64,000 bases of DNA from an uncultured Phycisphaerales bacterium (GCA_963755915.1 CAVWLP010000003.1:1088001-1152000), one strand, 5' to 3'. Positions 30,997 through 42,365 are shown, numbered from the stretch's first letter. The notes: a model not told the origin generated them from the letters alone. Numbers and translations are program-made.

Positions 30997-32168
30997 TCAA
31001 AACGGGGGCGGTTCGCCGCGTTTCCACCAGTCGGCGTCGTCCTTTTTCTTGCGGCGGGGCGAGGAATCGTCGGGCCCGTCCATGAGGGGTCCGTCGAACT
31101 TTTCGTCGTCTTGCTCATCATCGCCATAGTCGTTGCCATCTTCGCCGCGAACCATGGTCGCCAGCGTCACCGCGAAGACGGGGGCGATGGCGCGAAGCGT
31201 GGCGGCATCTTCGGGAGAAAACGGCTTGGACCCCTCCCGGAAAAGCACGATGCTGGCTAGCGATTCGCCCAGGTACGTGCAGTGAATTCCCAGGACGGTC
31301 TGGTTGCGCAGCAGTTGGGCTTCGGCGGGGCTCATGACCTTCATCGCTTCGCTGGCCTCCAGGTGCATCATGCCGTCCCGGCGGATGATCTGGAGCAGCC
31401 CGCCCCGCATCGCTTCGGTGAGCGCAGGGTCGCCGGGAATGGTGTATTTCATGTAAGCGCCGAGCTGAAAATCGGGGTCCGGCCCCGCCAGCCAGATGGC
31501 GACGTTGGAATACCCGATCTGGCGGAGGATCCAGTCCATCGCATGGCAGAGCATCTGCTCCAGGTCTTCGGAGGCGACGATCACCCCCCGGAAGGATTCG
31601 ACGATCCTGACGAGATCGAGCTGACGGGAGAGATCGCCGTAGGCGGCGACCAGATCGTTGCACAGCAGGTCGACCTTGCGGGTGACGAGCCTGCGGGCGT
31701 CGTTGAGCCGGCGGACGGCCAGGCGGAGCCGCTCGACGCGGTTTTCCGACTTCACCCGCTGTGCGTTGCGGTGCAGTGCCGAGCGAACCCGGTGGACGAA
31801 ATCATCCGGCATGAGCGGTTTGCTCATGAAATCGACGGCGCCGTGACGCAGGGCGGAAATGGCGGTATCCACCGTGGGGGCGCCGGTGACGACGATGGCG
31901 CTGGCCAGCGGCTGGCGAGCCTTGAGGGTGGCGAGCAGCTCGCTCCCGTCCCCGTCGGGAAGATTCAGATCGACGATGAGCAGATCGACCGGCTGGGTTT
32001 CGATGATGTGCAGGGCTTCGCTGAACCCGGCGGCCTTGGCGAGGCGGCAATCGATGTTGCGGCCGATCATTTCGGTAATGACCTCGACGATGTCGACCTG
32101 GTCGTCAACCACCAGCACGCGCGGGGAGGTGGAATGTTCGGTTTGGGGTGGTTGTCGGACTGGCGTCA
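30997..32168 (-). CDS. Response regulator with C-terminal GAF-like domain
   Basis: VLVVDD, LLIVDLNLPD, VTG, FMSKP; acidic tail ending WWKRGEPPPF. Confidence 0.85.
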
Positions 32169-32179
32169 TTCGCTCTCCA

Positions 32180-34477
32180 TTACTTCGCGGACCGTCCGCT
32201 TTCCGCGGACACCATTTTCCCATTGGCCGTTGGAAGCAGGATCAACGTCCTGGTTCCCTGCTGCGGGCGGCTTTCAAGCCGCATGGTCCCACCGCTGGAT
32301 TCGAGCCAGCGCATCGCCTTGGGCAGCCCAAGTCCGCGGCGTCTGCCGGCGGGCTTATTGCTGAAGAACGGGTCGAAGGCGCGTTTCACCGTTTCTTCGT
32401 CCATTCCACAGCCGTTGTCGGTGATCGTCAGCGCCACGCGGGACGAATAAGGGTCGTACGCCGCATGAATCGCCACGTGCCCTTTTTTCGGATCGGTCGC
32501 CGACAGGGCGTTGTCGAGGACCTCTGTGAGCGCCGCGGAAACCTGCCGCGGATCGACCATCACCGGCGGGACATCGCCCATGGTCAGCTCAATCGTCCTA
32601 TCGGCAGGATCGGTATGCTGCTTGGCATCGTGCAGCGCCCGGGCAACTAAATCTGCCAGGTCGGATTCTTCAAATTTGGGGGGCACCGGTTTGGCAAAGT
32701 CCATCAGTTCGGAAATGATTTCGCTGAGGCGATGACTTTGATCGTAGATGAGATGGGCCATCGCTTTGTGCTTGGGGTCCGCTAATTGGCTGGCCAGCAA
32801 CTGTGATCTGCCGCTGATTACCGCCAGGGGATTGTTCATCTCATGGGCGGCGCCGGCGGCCATTTCACCGATGCTGATCATCATTCGGGAATGAAGGATT
32901 TCGTTTTGAGCGGACTGGAGTCGGCGATTGGCCTCGGCGAGTTGCTCGGCAAGAGCGCGGGCTTCTTCGCGAATCTGCGCGGTACGCAAGGCAAGCGCCC
33001 AGCCGCCCGCCATGGCGTTGAGTTCCTGCACCTGGGGGCTGAGCCGCTGGCTTTCACCGGCCGGTGCGCCCCAGACCACGCCGCCGACGCACGTGCCTTC
33101 GGCGCTGAGGCAGGTCCAATATCGCTGATCTCCAACGAGTCGCGGCGAAATCGCGGAGAGGAGCCAATCCAATTCGTCACCCGCGTGAAGGACCGGGCCA
33201 TCGCCGGCTCCAACCGTGGGGCGGGCATGGCAATCGACGAGGGAGGATTCGAAAATATCGCCGGCTTCGTCGAAGAGGAGGACTTCGGCGTAATCCTGGC
33301 CGGGCATCAGAGAAAACGCCGCGACACAGCGTACGCCGAGCACGCCCACCGCGGTCTGGCCGATCCCGCGGAGGACGATCTGCGGGGATGCATCCGGGCG
33401 AAGCTCGCCCTGAAAAGAGCTGAGAGCGTCAAAGAATTGTGCGCGGACGGCGAGGCGACGGTTCTTGGCCGCGAGCTGTCCGCTGACGCGGCCGAGTTCC
33501 TGGTTGGCCCGCGAAAGGGCCTGGTGATAAAGCTCCTGGGTGCTGGCCTGGCCGAGATGAAGCGCCTTGGCGCGCGATTCGATCCGGCCCACCAGGCCGG
33601 CGACGGCGGCGTCGATCGCCGCGACGGAGAGGCCGAGGGCTTCGCCCATTCGTTCCCGGCTGACGCTGAAGCTGTAGTTGCCGCTGTAGCCAAGATGCTG
33701 CTCGCGGACGATGAGGTCGGCGAGGGTGACCAGGTTGATCATCCGGGGGAATTTCACCGAGTCGGGCAGCGCTTCGGGAAGCTGGCCGTGCAGCCAGATG
33801 GTCTCGCGGATCATCTGCGGCAGTTCCCATCGCTCGGCCAGCCGTTTGCCGACGACCATGTGATCGAGGCCGATGACCGTGCGCTCGACATCCGCGATGT
33901 TTCCGCGCAAAAGGTCGGCGGCTTCAACGACGCGGGCAAAGCTTTTGGGAAGGATCGCATCGAGGGCGACTTTGCCCAAATCGTGAACTAGTCCGCAGAC
34001 GAACGCTTCGGAGGGTCGGAATCCGTTGCCGCGGCCCTGGGTTTTTTCCATCGCTTCGCCGAGCAATTCGGCGCAGCAGGCGGTCGCCAGCGAATGCTTC
34101 CAGAATTCCTCGCGCGAAAATTGGGATGAATTGGACCTGGCGGCGGAGAAGGTTTCGAAGACCGAGACGGCCAGGACGGCGCTGCGAATCGCCTCGAAAC
34201 CGAGGAGGATGACGGCGCGCTCGAGGGTGACCTCTTCGAGGCGAACGCCCATGTCGGCATGGTGGATGAGCTGAAGAATCCGGGTGGTGAGGGCGGAATC
34301 GCTGCTGATGAGAGCGACGATATCGCGGACCGAAGATTCCTGGTCGGCGACGGCTTCGATGACCCGCGCGGCGACGGCGGGGAGGGTGGGAAGCTCCTCA
34401 AGCTGCTGCAGGATCAGCTCGACGCGCCGGGGGGGAAGTTGGTCCGGGGACGAGGACATCTGGGGAATGATCGCCAT
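32180..34477 (-). CDS. HDOD-domain sensor histidine kinase
   Basis: LPTLP, FWKHS, GLVHDLGK; AHEMNNPL, DNGCGM, FDPFFS, GLGL. Confidence 0.9.
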   Translation of the reverse strand: MAIIPQMSSSPDQLPPRRVELILQQLEELPTLPAVAARVIEAVADQESSVRDIVALISSDSALTTRILQLIHHADMGVRLEEVTLERAVILLGFEAIRSAVLAVSVFETFSAARSNSSQFSREEFWKHSLATACCAELLGEAMEKTQGRGNGFRPSEAFVCGLVHDLGKVALDAILPKSFARVVEAADLLRGNIADVERTVIGLDHMVVGKRLAERWELPQMIRETIWLHGQLPEALPDSVKFPRMINLVTLADLIVREQHLGYSGNYSFSVSRERMGEALGLSVAAIDAAVAGLVGRIESRAKALHLGQASTQELYHQALSRANQELGRVSGQLAAKNRRLAVRAQFFDALSSFQGELRPDASPQIVLRGIGQTAVGVLGVRCVAAFSLMPGQDYAEVLLFDEAGDIFESSLVDCHARPTVGAGDGPVLHAGDELDWLLSAISPRLVGDQRYWTCLSAEGTCVGGVVWGAPAGESQRLSPQVQELNAMAGGWALALRTAQIREEARALAEQLAEANRRLQSAQNEILHSRMMISIGEMAAGAAHEMNNPLAVISGRSQLLASQLADPKHKAMAHLIYDQSHRLSEIISELMDFAKPVPPKFEESDLADLVARALHDAKQHTDPADRTIELTMGDVPPVMVDPRQVSAALTEVLDNALSATDPKKGHVAIHAAYDPYSSRVALTITDNGCGMDEETVKRAFDPFFSNKPAGRRRGLGLPKAMRWLESSGGTMRLESRPQQGTRTLILLPTANGKMVSAESGRSAK

Positions 34478-34540
34478 TTTTCCCTCTCCCGAAACCCAAT
34501 GGGAGAGGGAGCTAAAGCGTTTCAGCGGGGAAACCGCCGA

Positions 34541-35104
34541 TCACGCCCCCAGCATTTCCCCGATCCGTTCAATCAGCTTTTCGATGTTGAACGGCTTCTT
34601 GACGAAATCGTCGGCCCCGGCCTTGAGCAGGTCGTTGATCTCATCCTGGTTCACAACGCCCGAGACGATGACGATTTTCATGTGCTCGAAGTTGGGATTT
34701 TTGCGGATGGTCTGGCAGACGACGTTGCCGTTGATGTCGGGAAGCATGTAGTCCAGGATGACCAGGTCGGGGAGGAATTCCTGGGTGAGGATGCCGGCGT
34801 CATAGCCCGTCGCGGCGGTCTTCACTTCGAAGCGGCCGTCGCGTTCCAGAACGTCGACGAAGAGCTCGACAATCTCCGGATCGTCATCCACAACCAGGAT
34901 CTTCAGCTTGCCGTTGTCCAAGGCATCCGGTGGGATGCCGTTGTCCTTCATAAAGGCGATCAGGGCATCGCGGGGAATGCGACGGAACCGGCTGCCGGGC
35001 ACCCGGAACCCACGCAGACGACCACTGTCAAAACAGCGAATAATGGTCTGCTGTGAAACTTTGCAGATCTCTGCGGCCTCTCCAGTCGTGAATACGGTCT
35101 TCAT
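34541..35104 (-). CDS. Excisionase-type HTH plus receiver domain regulator
   Basis: FTTGEAAEICKVSQQTIIRCFDSG..GFRVPGSRFRRIPR followed by REC domain. Confidence 0.9.
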   Translation of the reverse strand: MKTVFTTGEAAEICKVSQQTIIRCFDSGRLRGFRVPGSRFRRIPRDALIAFMKDNGIPPDALDNGKLKILVVDDDPEIVELFVDVLERDGRFEVKTAATGYDAGILTQEFLPDLVILDYMLPDINGNVVCQTIRKNPNFEHMKIVIVSGVVNQDEINDLLKAGADDFVKKPFNIEKLIERIGEMLGA

Positions 35105-35188
35105 GGTTTCCTCGAAGCAAGCTGTTAAAATCGGCGAGAGTATTACAGGCTTTATTGTTTTACCTGTTTATCCATCTTCGCTATTTGA

Positions 35189-35215
35189 ACATCGGCCGTA
35201 ACAATTTGCAACTTA
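35189..35215 (-). promoter_or_regulatory. Sigma28-like promoter candidate
   Basis: TAAG-N15-GCCGATGT upstream of HTH-REC gene. Confidence 0.5.
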
Positions 35216-35334
35216 AACAACGCGCTTACGTTAAAACGCGCAAATCAGGCAAGATCGGAAGAACACACGACTTAGACATACTACGTCAGATAAAAGGCGT
35301 GGTTCAGAGCCGGTTTGGGGAAAAATGAGGGGCT

Positions 35335-36159
35335 TCAGTAAGGGATTGGCCGGAGGTGGGTTGCGAAAAAAACGAAAATAGCGGTTCCGACGACGGCAAC
35401 GGTGAGGGTGCGCCAGAGGTTTACGGGCTGATCCAGCTTTCGGCTGAGGAGGCCACCGAGAATCAACCCCCCTACCAGGCCACCGCCGTGGGCGGAAAGA
35501 TCGACCTCGCGGGACATGACGGCGAAGATGAAGTTGTAAACCACGAAGATCCCCACCGAATTACCCAGGGAGCGCAAAATCTGCGCTGGAACGGCTCCCC
35601 GCTGCACATATAAGTAGCCAAGCAGAGCGCCAAAGACGCCAAAGACCGCCCCAGAAGCGCCACCGGTAAGGCTTCGCGGATGAAAGTGCAGGCTGACGAA
35701 GCTGCCGGTTAATCCGGAAAGCAGGTAGATCACCAGATAGGTGAAGTTGCCAAAGAGCCGTTCCACGATCTGGCCCCCCTGCCAGAGGACGAACATGTTC
35801 ATGCCGATGTGGATGATTCCGAAATGGACGAACATTTCGGTGAAGAGCCGCCAGGATTGGTGATCGGTGGTGAGGGGACCGTAGCCGGCGCCCCAGCGAA
35901 GCATCTGCTGCGGGGTGGGATCGAAAAATCCGCCGCCGGTGAGAACCATCAGGCCGAAGACCAGGGCGTTGGCGGCGATGAGGGCGTTGGTAACGTAAAT
36001 CCGCGGGGTGAGTGTGAAGAGCCGGCGATAAAACGCCACCTCCGGCGGCTCCCCGGCGTAATTCACCTGCACATGAATCGGCTGCTCGCCGGCTCCGGGC
36101 ACGGGAGGCAGGGGAAATCGCGGATCGGTACTCATTTCGACTCTGGGATCGGAAAACAC
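35335..36159 (-). CDS. Rhomboid family intramembrane serine protease
   Basis: WRLFT, HFGIIHIGMN, GASGAVFG, AHGGG. Confidence 0.92.
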   Translation of the reverse strand: MFSDPRVEMSTDPRFPLPPVPGAGEQPIHVQVNYAGEPPEVAFYRRLFTLTPRIYVTNALIAANALVFGLMVLTGGGFFDPTPQQMLRWGAGYGPLTTDHQSWRLFTEMFVHFGIIHIGMNMFVLWQGGQIVERLFGNFTYLVIYLLSGLTGSFVSLHFHPRSLTGGASGAVFGVFGALLGYLYVQRGAVPAQILRSLGNSVGIFVVYNFIFAVMSREVDLSAHGGGLVGGLILGGLLSRKLDQPVNLWRTLTVAVVGTAIFVFFATHLRPIPY

Positions 36160-36188
36160 ATCTCACCGCGGTGAGCCGCATTTCTCAA

Positions 36189-36788
36189 TCAGCGATAGAA
36201 TTCGATGATCAGGTTCAGGTTCACTTCGAAGGGAACGTCTTCGATCACGGGCATGGCCTTGATCGTGCCGGTGAGTTGGGCGGGGTTCCATTCCAGCCAG
36301 TTGGGGACCTGGTGGCCGGCGTTCTGCTCCATGTTGTCGCGAAGAACTTTGTGAATGCCTTCCTTGAAGGTGATCGTCTGGCCGGCCTTGACGAGGAAGC
36401 TGGCGATGTCGGTCTTTTGGCCGTCGACGATCACGTGTCCGTGCGAAACGATCTGGCGGGTGGCCCAGATCGTGCGGCCGACGCCGAGGCGGCGAAGGAC
36501 GTTGTCGAGGCGGCACTCCAGAAGCTGCATCAGCGTGTTGGCGGTGTTGCCCTTGGATTTTTTGGCGATGGTCAGAAATCGGCGGAATTGCTTCTCGTAC
36601 ATGCCGTAGTGATAGCGGAGCTTCTGTTTCTCGTTGAGGCGAACGCCGTATTCGGTGTTCCGGCGGCCGCGATACCCGTGCATGCCGGGGAGTTCGAGCT
36701 CGCCTCTTGCGGTGTGTTTGGGAACGTCGGCAATCGGAACGCCAACACGACGGGAGAGCTTCAGCTTCGGACCGGTATAGCGGCCCAT
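36189..36788 (-). CDS. rpsD: 30S ribosomal protein S4 (no zinc-ribbon cysteines)
   Basis: MGRYTGPKLKLSRR, EKQKLR, LECRLDNV, RQIVSHGH, IIEFY. Confidence 0.97.
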   Translation of the reverse strand: MGRYTGPKLKLSRRVGVPIADVPKHTARGELELPGMHGYRGRRNTEYGVRLNEKQKLRYHYGMYEKQFRRFLTIAKKSKGNTANTLMQLLECRLDNVLRRLGVGRTIWATRQIVSHGHVIVDGQKTDIASFLVKAGQTITFKEGIHKVLRDNMEQNAGHQVPNWLEWNPAQLTGTIKAMPVIEDVPFEVNLNLIIEFYR

Positions 36789-36942
36789 GAGAGATCACTT
36801 TCTACGGGCGATTCGGGGCCCGTCTCAAAACATGCGCGGCGGCTGAAAAGGTCGGCCGACTTATACGCGGTCATCCACCGGCATGGTTCTGAGGCATGCG
36901 AGGTGGGGATCAGGAGTATAGCGATGGGGCGTGTGGAATCAA
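36789..36942 (-). promoter_or_regulatory. rpsD promoter and structured 5' leader
   Basis: TTGATT-16nt-TATACT (36942-36915), then long stem 36893-36824 and hairpin 36823-36804. Confidence 0.6.
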
Positions 36943-36984
36943 TTCGGCTTGGCCGCGAACACGACAGTGCCGCAAGAGAAACAA

Positions 36985-37055
36985 CGGGGACGCAGCTAGT
37001 TTTTAACTAGCTGCGTCCCCGTTTTCGGAGCTGGAGATAACTGGGACGCAGCTAG
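36985..37055. repeat. REP palindrome plus half-site upstream of RAYT
   Basis: acggggacgcagctagtt-ttt-aactagctgcgtccccgt; extra gggacgcagctag at ~37043. Confidence 0.9.
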
Positions 37056-37057
37056 AT

Positions 37058-37801
37058 TTGGCCAGCGACCAGGTTCTCGGTATTCTGGTGCTCATGCCCA
37101 GACAAGCCCGCGCCGCCCCTGGTGGTCTGATCTATCACGTGCTCAACCGTTCGGTTGGACGAATGAAATTATTCCGGAATGACCGCGATTATGCGGCGTT
37201 CGAGCGTGTTCTCCAAGAAGCACACCAACATTTTCCCATCCGGCTCCTGGACTACTGCATCATGTCAAACCACTGGCACTTCGTTGTCTGGCCAAAGGAG
37301 GATGGCGAAGTGAGCCAATTCTTCCGGTGGCTTGCCCACACGCACGCGATGCGTTGGCGCGTGTCTCACGAAACGGTTGGAGACGGGCATCTTTACCAGG
37401 GCCGGTTCAAAAGTTTCCCCGTGCAGGATGACGAACATTTTTTGACACTCTGCCGATATGTCGAGCGCAATCCCGTTGTGGTTGGGGCCGTGGAACGTGC
37501 GGAACTCTGGCGATGGGGCAGCCTCTGGGCACGCCTGCAAGGTGACGTGAAACAAAGATCCATGCTCTCGCCGTGGCCTGTCGACCGGCCACGTGACTGG
37601 ATCAAGCATGTCAACGAACCGCTTCACGAAGGCGAGTTGTCGGCGATCAAAACGAGCCTCCTGCGAGGCAGGCCGCTGGGAAGTTCCGCGTGGATCGACA
37701 AAACTGTTGCGCGTCTCAACCTGGGTCACACTGTCCGAAGAGAGGGACGGCCGAGAGTATCCGAAAAACGGGAAACGGGGACGCAGCTAGATAGAAACTA
37801 G
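37058..37801 (+). CDS. REP-associated tyrosine transposase (RAYT, Y1 HUH); likely start MPRQAR at 37094
   Basis: YHVLNR, YCIMSNHWHFVV (HUH), GHLYQGRFKSF, RYVERNPV, WRWGS. Confidence 0.92.
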   Translation: MASDQVLGILVLMPRQARAAPGGLIYHVLNRSVGRMKLFRNDRDYAAFERVLQEAHQHFPIRLLDYCIMSNHWHFVVWPKEDGEVSQFFRWLAHTHAMRWRVSHETVGDGHLYQGRFKSFPVQDDEHFLTLCRYVERNPVVVGAVERAELWRWGSLWARLQGDVKQRSMLSPWPVDRPRDWIKHVNEPLHEGELSAIKTSLLRGRPLGSSAWIDKTVARLNLGHTVRREGRPRVSEKRETGTQLDRN

Positions 37802-37814
37802 CTGCCCCCCGTTT
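37775..37814. repeat. REP palindrome overlapping RAYT 3' end
   Basis: aacggggacgcagctag-atagaaa-ctagctgccccccgtt. Confidence 0.88.
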
Positions 37815-37921
37815 TTTGGCGGGCCCCTGTCAGATTCTTTGCATTCTCATCAATCACACAGAAAAATTCCGGGATTTTTGAAAAATAGGTCCAAAACGTA
37901 CACCCTTTGGACCTATATATA

Positions 37922-39599
37922 CCCGGATTTCCCAGATGGCACTGGACTCCGCGTATAATGAATTGTCGTTTGGCCGCGTGAATATAGCCCTTTTTCCAAC
38001 ATTCGGGACATGATGTCGGGAGAACCCAATGGGTGCAAGCAGCACGGAAGCTCTCGGGATGGTTTTTGACGTGAGTCTGAAGCTCGAATTTCACGGCTCA
38101 AGAGTCACCAGCGACGCAGGATTGCTGGTCTATCGGGAACTGGATGAAACGCTGGGCTTGACGAGCATGGCTGGAACTCTGCTCCAGGATTGGCGCACCG
38201 GGAAGAACACCCAGCACACCCTGGTGGGTCTACTTCGTCAATCCATCTACAGCCGACTGGCCGGTTACGAAGATACCAATGACGCCGAGCGATTGGCCGT
38301 TGATCCGACGATGCGGCAGTTGGTCGGCGGCAGAGCCAAACAGCGCACCGCCGCCTCCACCAGCCAGATGGGCAGGTTTGAGACCGACGTGCTGACGCAA
38401 CCGGAAAACCTCAGAGTGTTGAGCAGCCTGTCGGGCCAATGGATCGACACGTTACGGCAGCGCAAGCCCAGCGACCGAATCATTCTGGACATGGATAGTT
38501 CGGTGAGTGAGACCTACGGCCAGCAGGAGGGATCGGCCTACAACGGTTACTTCGAATGCACCTGCTACCACCCGGTGTTTTGTTTCAACCAGCATGGAGA
38601 CCTGGAACGGGCACTGCTTCGCAACGGCAACGTGCACAGCGCCGATGATTGGCGGTCGGTACTGGAGCCGGTGGTCGCCCGCTATCGAACCATGCCGGTG
38701 AAAAAGTTCTTTCGCGGCGATTCGGCCTTCGCCATTCCCGAGTTGTACGAGTTTCTCGAAACCGAGGGCTATCAGTATGCGATCCGCCTGAAGTCAAACA
38801 GGCTGTTGGAGCAGGAGATTGAGCATCTGCTGAAGCGTCCGGTGGGCCGTCCGCCGGAGAAGCCGATTGTGCTGTTCCATGACTTCCACTACCGGGCCGC
38901 CAGTTGGGATAAGGCCCGCCGGGTGGTGGCCAAAGTCGAATGGCATCGGGATGAACTGTTCCCACGCGTAGGGTTCATCGTCACCAACATCGGCGGAGGC
39001 GCTGCACCCGTCACCTGGTTCTACAATGGCCGGGGCACGGCGGAGCAGTGGATCAAGGAGGGCAAGAATGCGGTGCGGTGGACCAAGCTGTCCTGCCACG
39101 ACTTCGTGGACAACCAGGTTCGCCTGCAACTGTTCGCCCTGGCGTACAATCTGGGGAATTTCCTGCGGCGGTTGGCGCTGCCCGGAGCCGTGAAGCATTG
39201 GACGCTGACCACGTTGCGGGAGAAGCTGATCAAGATTGGGGCCAAGGTCGTGCATCACGCCCGCCGGGTGGTCTTTCAGATGGCCGAGGTGGCGATCCCT
39301 CGCCCACTGTTCGCGGCGATCCTGAGGCGGATCGAGCGATTGCGTCTGCTGACCCCGGCCTCACCATGAGCGCGATACCCGCAAAATCGAGGCGGAGACG
39401 GGCCGGGGCGCGGTGGGTCTGTCCTCGGGAGGCCGCAAATCGGTTTTCTGCCGCTGAAACAGCCATTGGCGCAGTGTTTTTGGCCAAGATTCCGAGTCGC
39501 TGGGACAGGATTTTGCTTGTTTGCAGTACGCTGGCGCGGTATCACGCTTCCCCGTTGCTCGCGACGGTCGCGGGCGGGAAGTCAAATGGGAAATGTCGG
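37922..39599 (+). mobile_element. Complete IS1380-family insertion sequence
   Basis: IRL cccggatttcccagatg; IRR reverse complement ccgacatttcccatttg; ATATA on both flanks (37917-21, 39600-04). Confidence 0.92.
38029..39369 (+). CDS. IS1380-family DDE transposase
   Basis: [49 protein letters not shown]. Confidence 0.95.
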   Translation: MGASSTEALGMVFDVSLKLEFHGSRVTSDAGLLVYRELDETLGLTSMAGTLLQDWRTGKNTQHTLVGLLRQSIYSRLAGYEDTNDAERLAVDPTMRQLVGGRAKQRTAASTSQMGRFETDVLTQPENLRVLSSLSGQWIDTLRQRKPSDRIILDMDSSVSETYGQQEGSAYNGYFECTCYHPVFCFNQHGDLERALLRNGNVHSADDWRSVLEPVVARYRTMPVKKFFRGDSAFAIPELYEFLETEGYQYAIRLKSNRLLEQEIEHLLKRPVGRPPEKPIVLFHDFHYRAASWDKARRVVAKVEWHRDELFPRVGFIVTNIGGGAAPVTWFYNGRGTAEQWIKEGKNAVRWTKLSCHDFVDNQVRLQLFALAYNLGNFLRRLALPGAVKHWTLTTLREKLIKIGAKVVHHARRVVFQMAEVAIPRPLFAAILRRIERLRLLTPASP

Positions 39600-39837
39600 A
39601 TATATGAGCACTGTTCCTCGGCACAAAGCGCCGTAGATAGCCGCCCGATCTGCCCAGATTTTGGGGGGTATTGGGGAATCGACTGAAATTCATTCCCATA
39701 TCCCCTCCGTCTCCAATTTGGGGAAAAGTGAGATAACGTGAGATAAAGTGGGAGTACCCAAATGGGGAATTCCGGGGAAATCGCCTGCTCCTCCGCCGGA
39801 CCACGCGGGACGTTCTCCCCCTTCCGCAGCTAAATCC

Positions 39838-42365
39838 CTATTTGGGGGTCCTCGGCCCAGTCAGCCTCAGCGCCGCGTTAATCAAGCCCAGATGCGAATA
39901 CGCTTGCGGGAAATTTCCCAGCGTCATTTTGCTCGGCGGGTCATATTCCTCCGCCATCAATCCGGTCGGCCCGGCGAGCGCCGCGTACCCTTCGAAAAGC
40001 TCTTCGGCTTCCTTCCAACGCCCCAGAAGTGCGTAGGATTCGATGAGCCAGGTGGTGCAGATGTTGAATCCCCCTTCGATGCCGGGCAGGCCGTCGTCGT
40101 AGCGGTAGCGATAGACGACCGGGCCTTCGCGCAGTTCGCGCTCGACGGCCTGGACCGTGGAAACGAAGCGGGGATCGGTTGGTGGAAGCAGGCCGCTGAG
40201 GCCGACCCAGAGCGCGGCGGCGTCGATATCGGGGCTTTCGTAGCTGGCACAGAACGCGCCAACCTTTTCGTGCCAGCCATGCGCGAGGACGTCGTCCGCG
40301 ATTTCCTGGCGGAGTTTTATCCAATCCGGGCGGTCGTGGCCCATGTACTCAGCCACTTTCAGGGCGGAGTTGACGGTCTGCCAGCACATGACCTTGGAAT
40401 GAACGTGATGTTTGCGCGAATCGCGGATTTCCCAGATGCCGTGATCGGCCTCGCGCCAGCGTTGGGCGACGGCCCCCACCATGGACTCGGCCATTCGCCA
40501 GTGTTCGGGGGTGAGGGACATTCCGCGCTCGGCCTGCATGGCGATCAGCTCGGCGACGGGGCCGAGCACGTCGAGCTGGACCTGGTGTGCGGCGACGTTG
40601 CCGACACGGACCGGCCGGCTGCCGCGATATCCGGAAAGCTCGGCGATGGAGCCTTCGGGGCCGAGGTGGCCGCCGGTCACCGTGTAGACCGGATGGATCA
40701 GGGAGTTGGGCTGCAATTCTTCGAGAATACCGATGAACCCATCGAGCAGTTTCATCGCCGGCCCCGGGCGCCGAGTTTCGTCAGCGCCATCGCCGACATG
40801 GCCGCATCGCGTGGCCAGCAGAAGCGGTAGTCCCAGTTGCGCACGCCGCCGGCATGCTCGGGGAGGCTGGTCGTCGCGGCCGCGGCGATGGCGCCGGTGG
40901 GGCCGTAGACAAGGGCCCGCAACACCAGCGCCGTGCGCAAGCAGATCGCGATGAAACTCCGGCAGTTTCAACGTCGAAGCCCAGACGCTCCAAAACCGGT
41001 CCGTCTGCGCCCGGCGATCGCTTTCGGCGGTCAGGGCGGGGGCAAAGCTGGCCGTGCCGTAGCGGAGTTCAAGAACGATCGGGTCGCCCTTCACTTCCAC
41101 TTCCGCGACGGCCGTATCGTGCTTGCCTTCTTTGACGATCGACCAGCGAACTCCCGGCGCGTACAGCACGCACGCATCGAGAATCCCTTCGACAACCAAT
41201 CCTTTCTCCGCGACGCGGAGGCGGGTTTCGAGGGTGCCGAAATTGATGCGCGGCGCGAAGCTGATTTTCGCCCGGCCCTTGCCCTCGATGACGCGGATCA
41301 AGTCGGTGCGTCCGGCGCGCTGATAGGGGCGGCCCGCGGAGCAGTCCAGGTAGTCGATCACCTGGATAGAATCCCAGGCGGTTTTAAGGATGAACGTGTT
41401 GCCGACGTATTGCTGTTTCGCGGGCGCCCCGCAGGAAGCGGGCAGATGTCGAAATATCCGGCTGCGGGGCCGAGGATTTCCGCGAACAGAGCCGAGGAAT
41501 CGATGCGCGGCATGCAGAGCCAGGCGATTCGGCCTTGCGGGCCGATGAGCGCGCAAGTGCGCTGGTCAGAGAGCATCGAATGGCGTTCGATGGGAACGGC
41601 CCTGGAGCCGGCGATCCAGGCTTGCCGTTTTTCCGCGAGCCGGGCCAGCAGCCGGGCGGCGTCTTCGGTCGTATTCACGCGGAATTTGGCGATGGTGTCG
41701 CCTTCACCGACTTTGATTCCCACATCCGGCCCGGCGAGCTTTGCAAAGACGTCTTCATCGGTGATGTCGTCGCCCAGGAATATCACGGCCGATGCGCCGA
41801 GGCGCTGGCGAAGTTTTTGAAGGGCCTCGCCTTTGTCGGTCTTGACGACACTCAGTTCCAGAATCTTTTTTCCGTTGCGGGCGTGCAGACCCTCTTCGCC
41901 GCGGAGTGAATCGAGCAGCTCATGCGCGGCCTTTGAGCCCGCGTCCGGGTCGGCGTTTCGAAAATGAAAGGCGATTGCCGCGGGTTTTTGCTCGACCCTC
42001 GTTCCCGGCGTGGCTTGCGAAATTCGCCGAGCGGTTTCTTTCGCTTTTTGAAGCAATGTGGCGCTTTTGGAATCGAGATGGGCCGCATATCCGACTTCGA
42101 ACTCGCCGCCGTGGCTTCCGACGAGATGAGCGCGCTCGAGGCCTTTGAGATGCGGGCCCAGATCGGAAAGCGAGCGTCCGGAAATAATGGCGACTTGGGT
42201 CTGGCTCGTCTCGGCGAGGGATTTGAGGGCCACCAGCGCCTCGCGATGGATTTCGGCTTGGTCGGGATCATCGACGATCGGCGCCAGCGTTCCGTCGTAA
42301 TCGGAAGCGACGATCAGCACCGGCGCCTGGGCGGCTTCATCGATATGGCTTTGCAAATCCTCCAT
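39838..42365 (-). CDS. otsB: Trehalose-6-phosphate phosphatase (OtsB-like HAD) fused to GH15 trehalase-like domain; several frameshifts
   Basis: [24 protein letters not shown]; then [61 protein letters not shown]. Confidence 0.88.
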
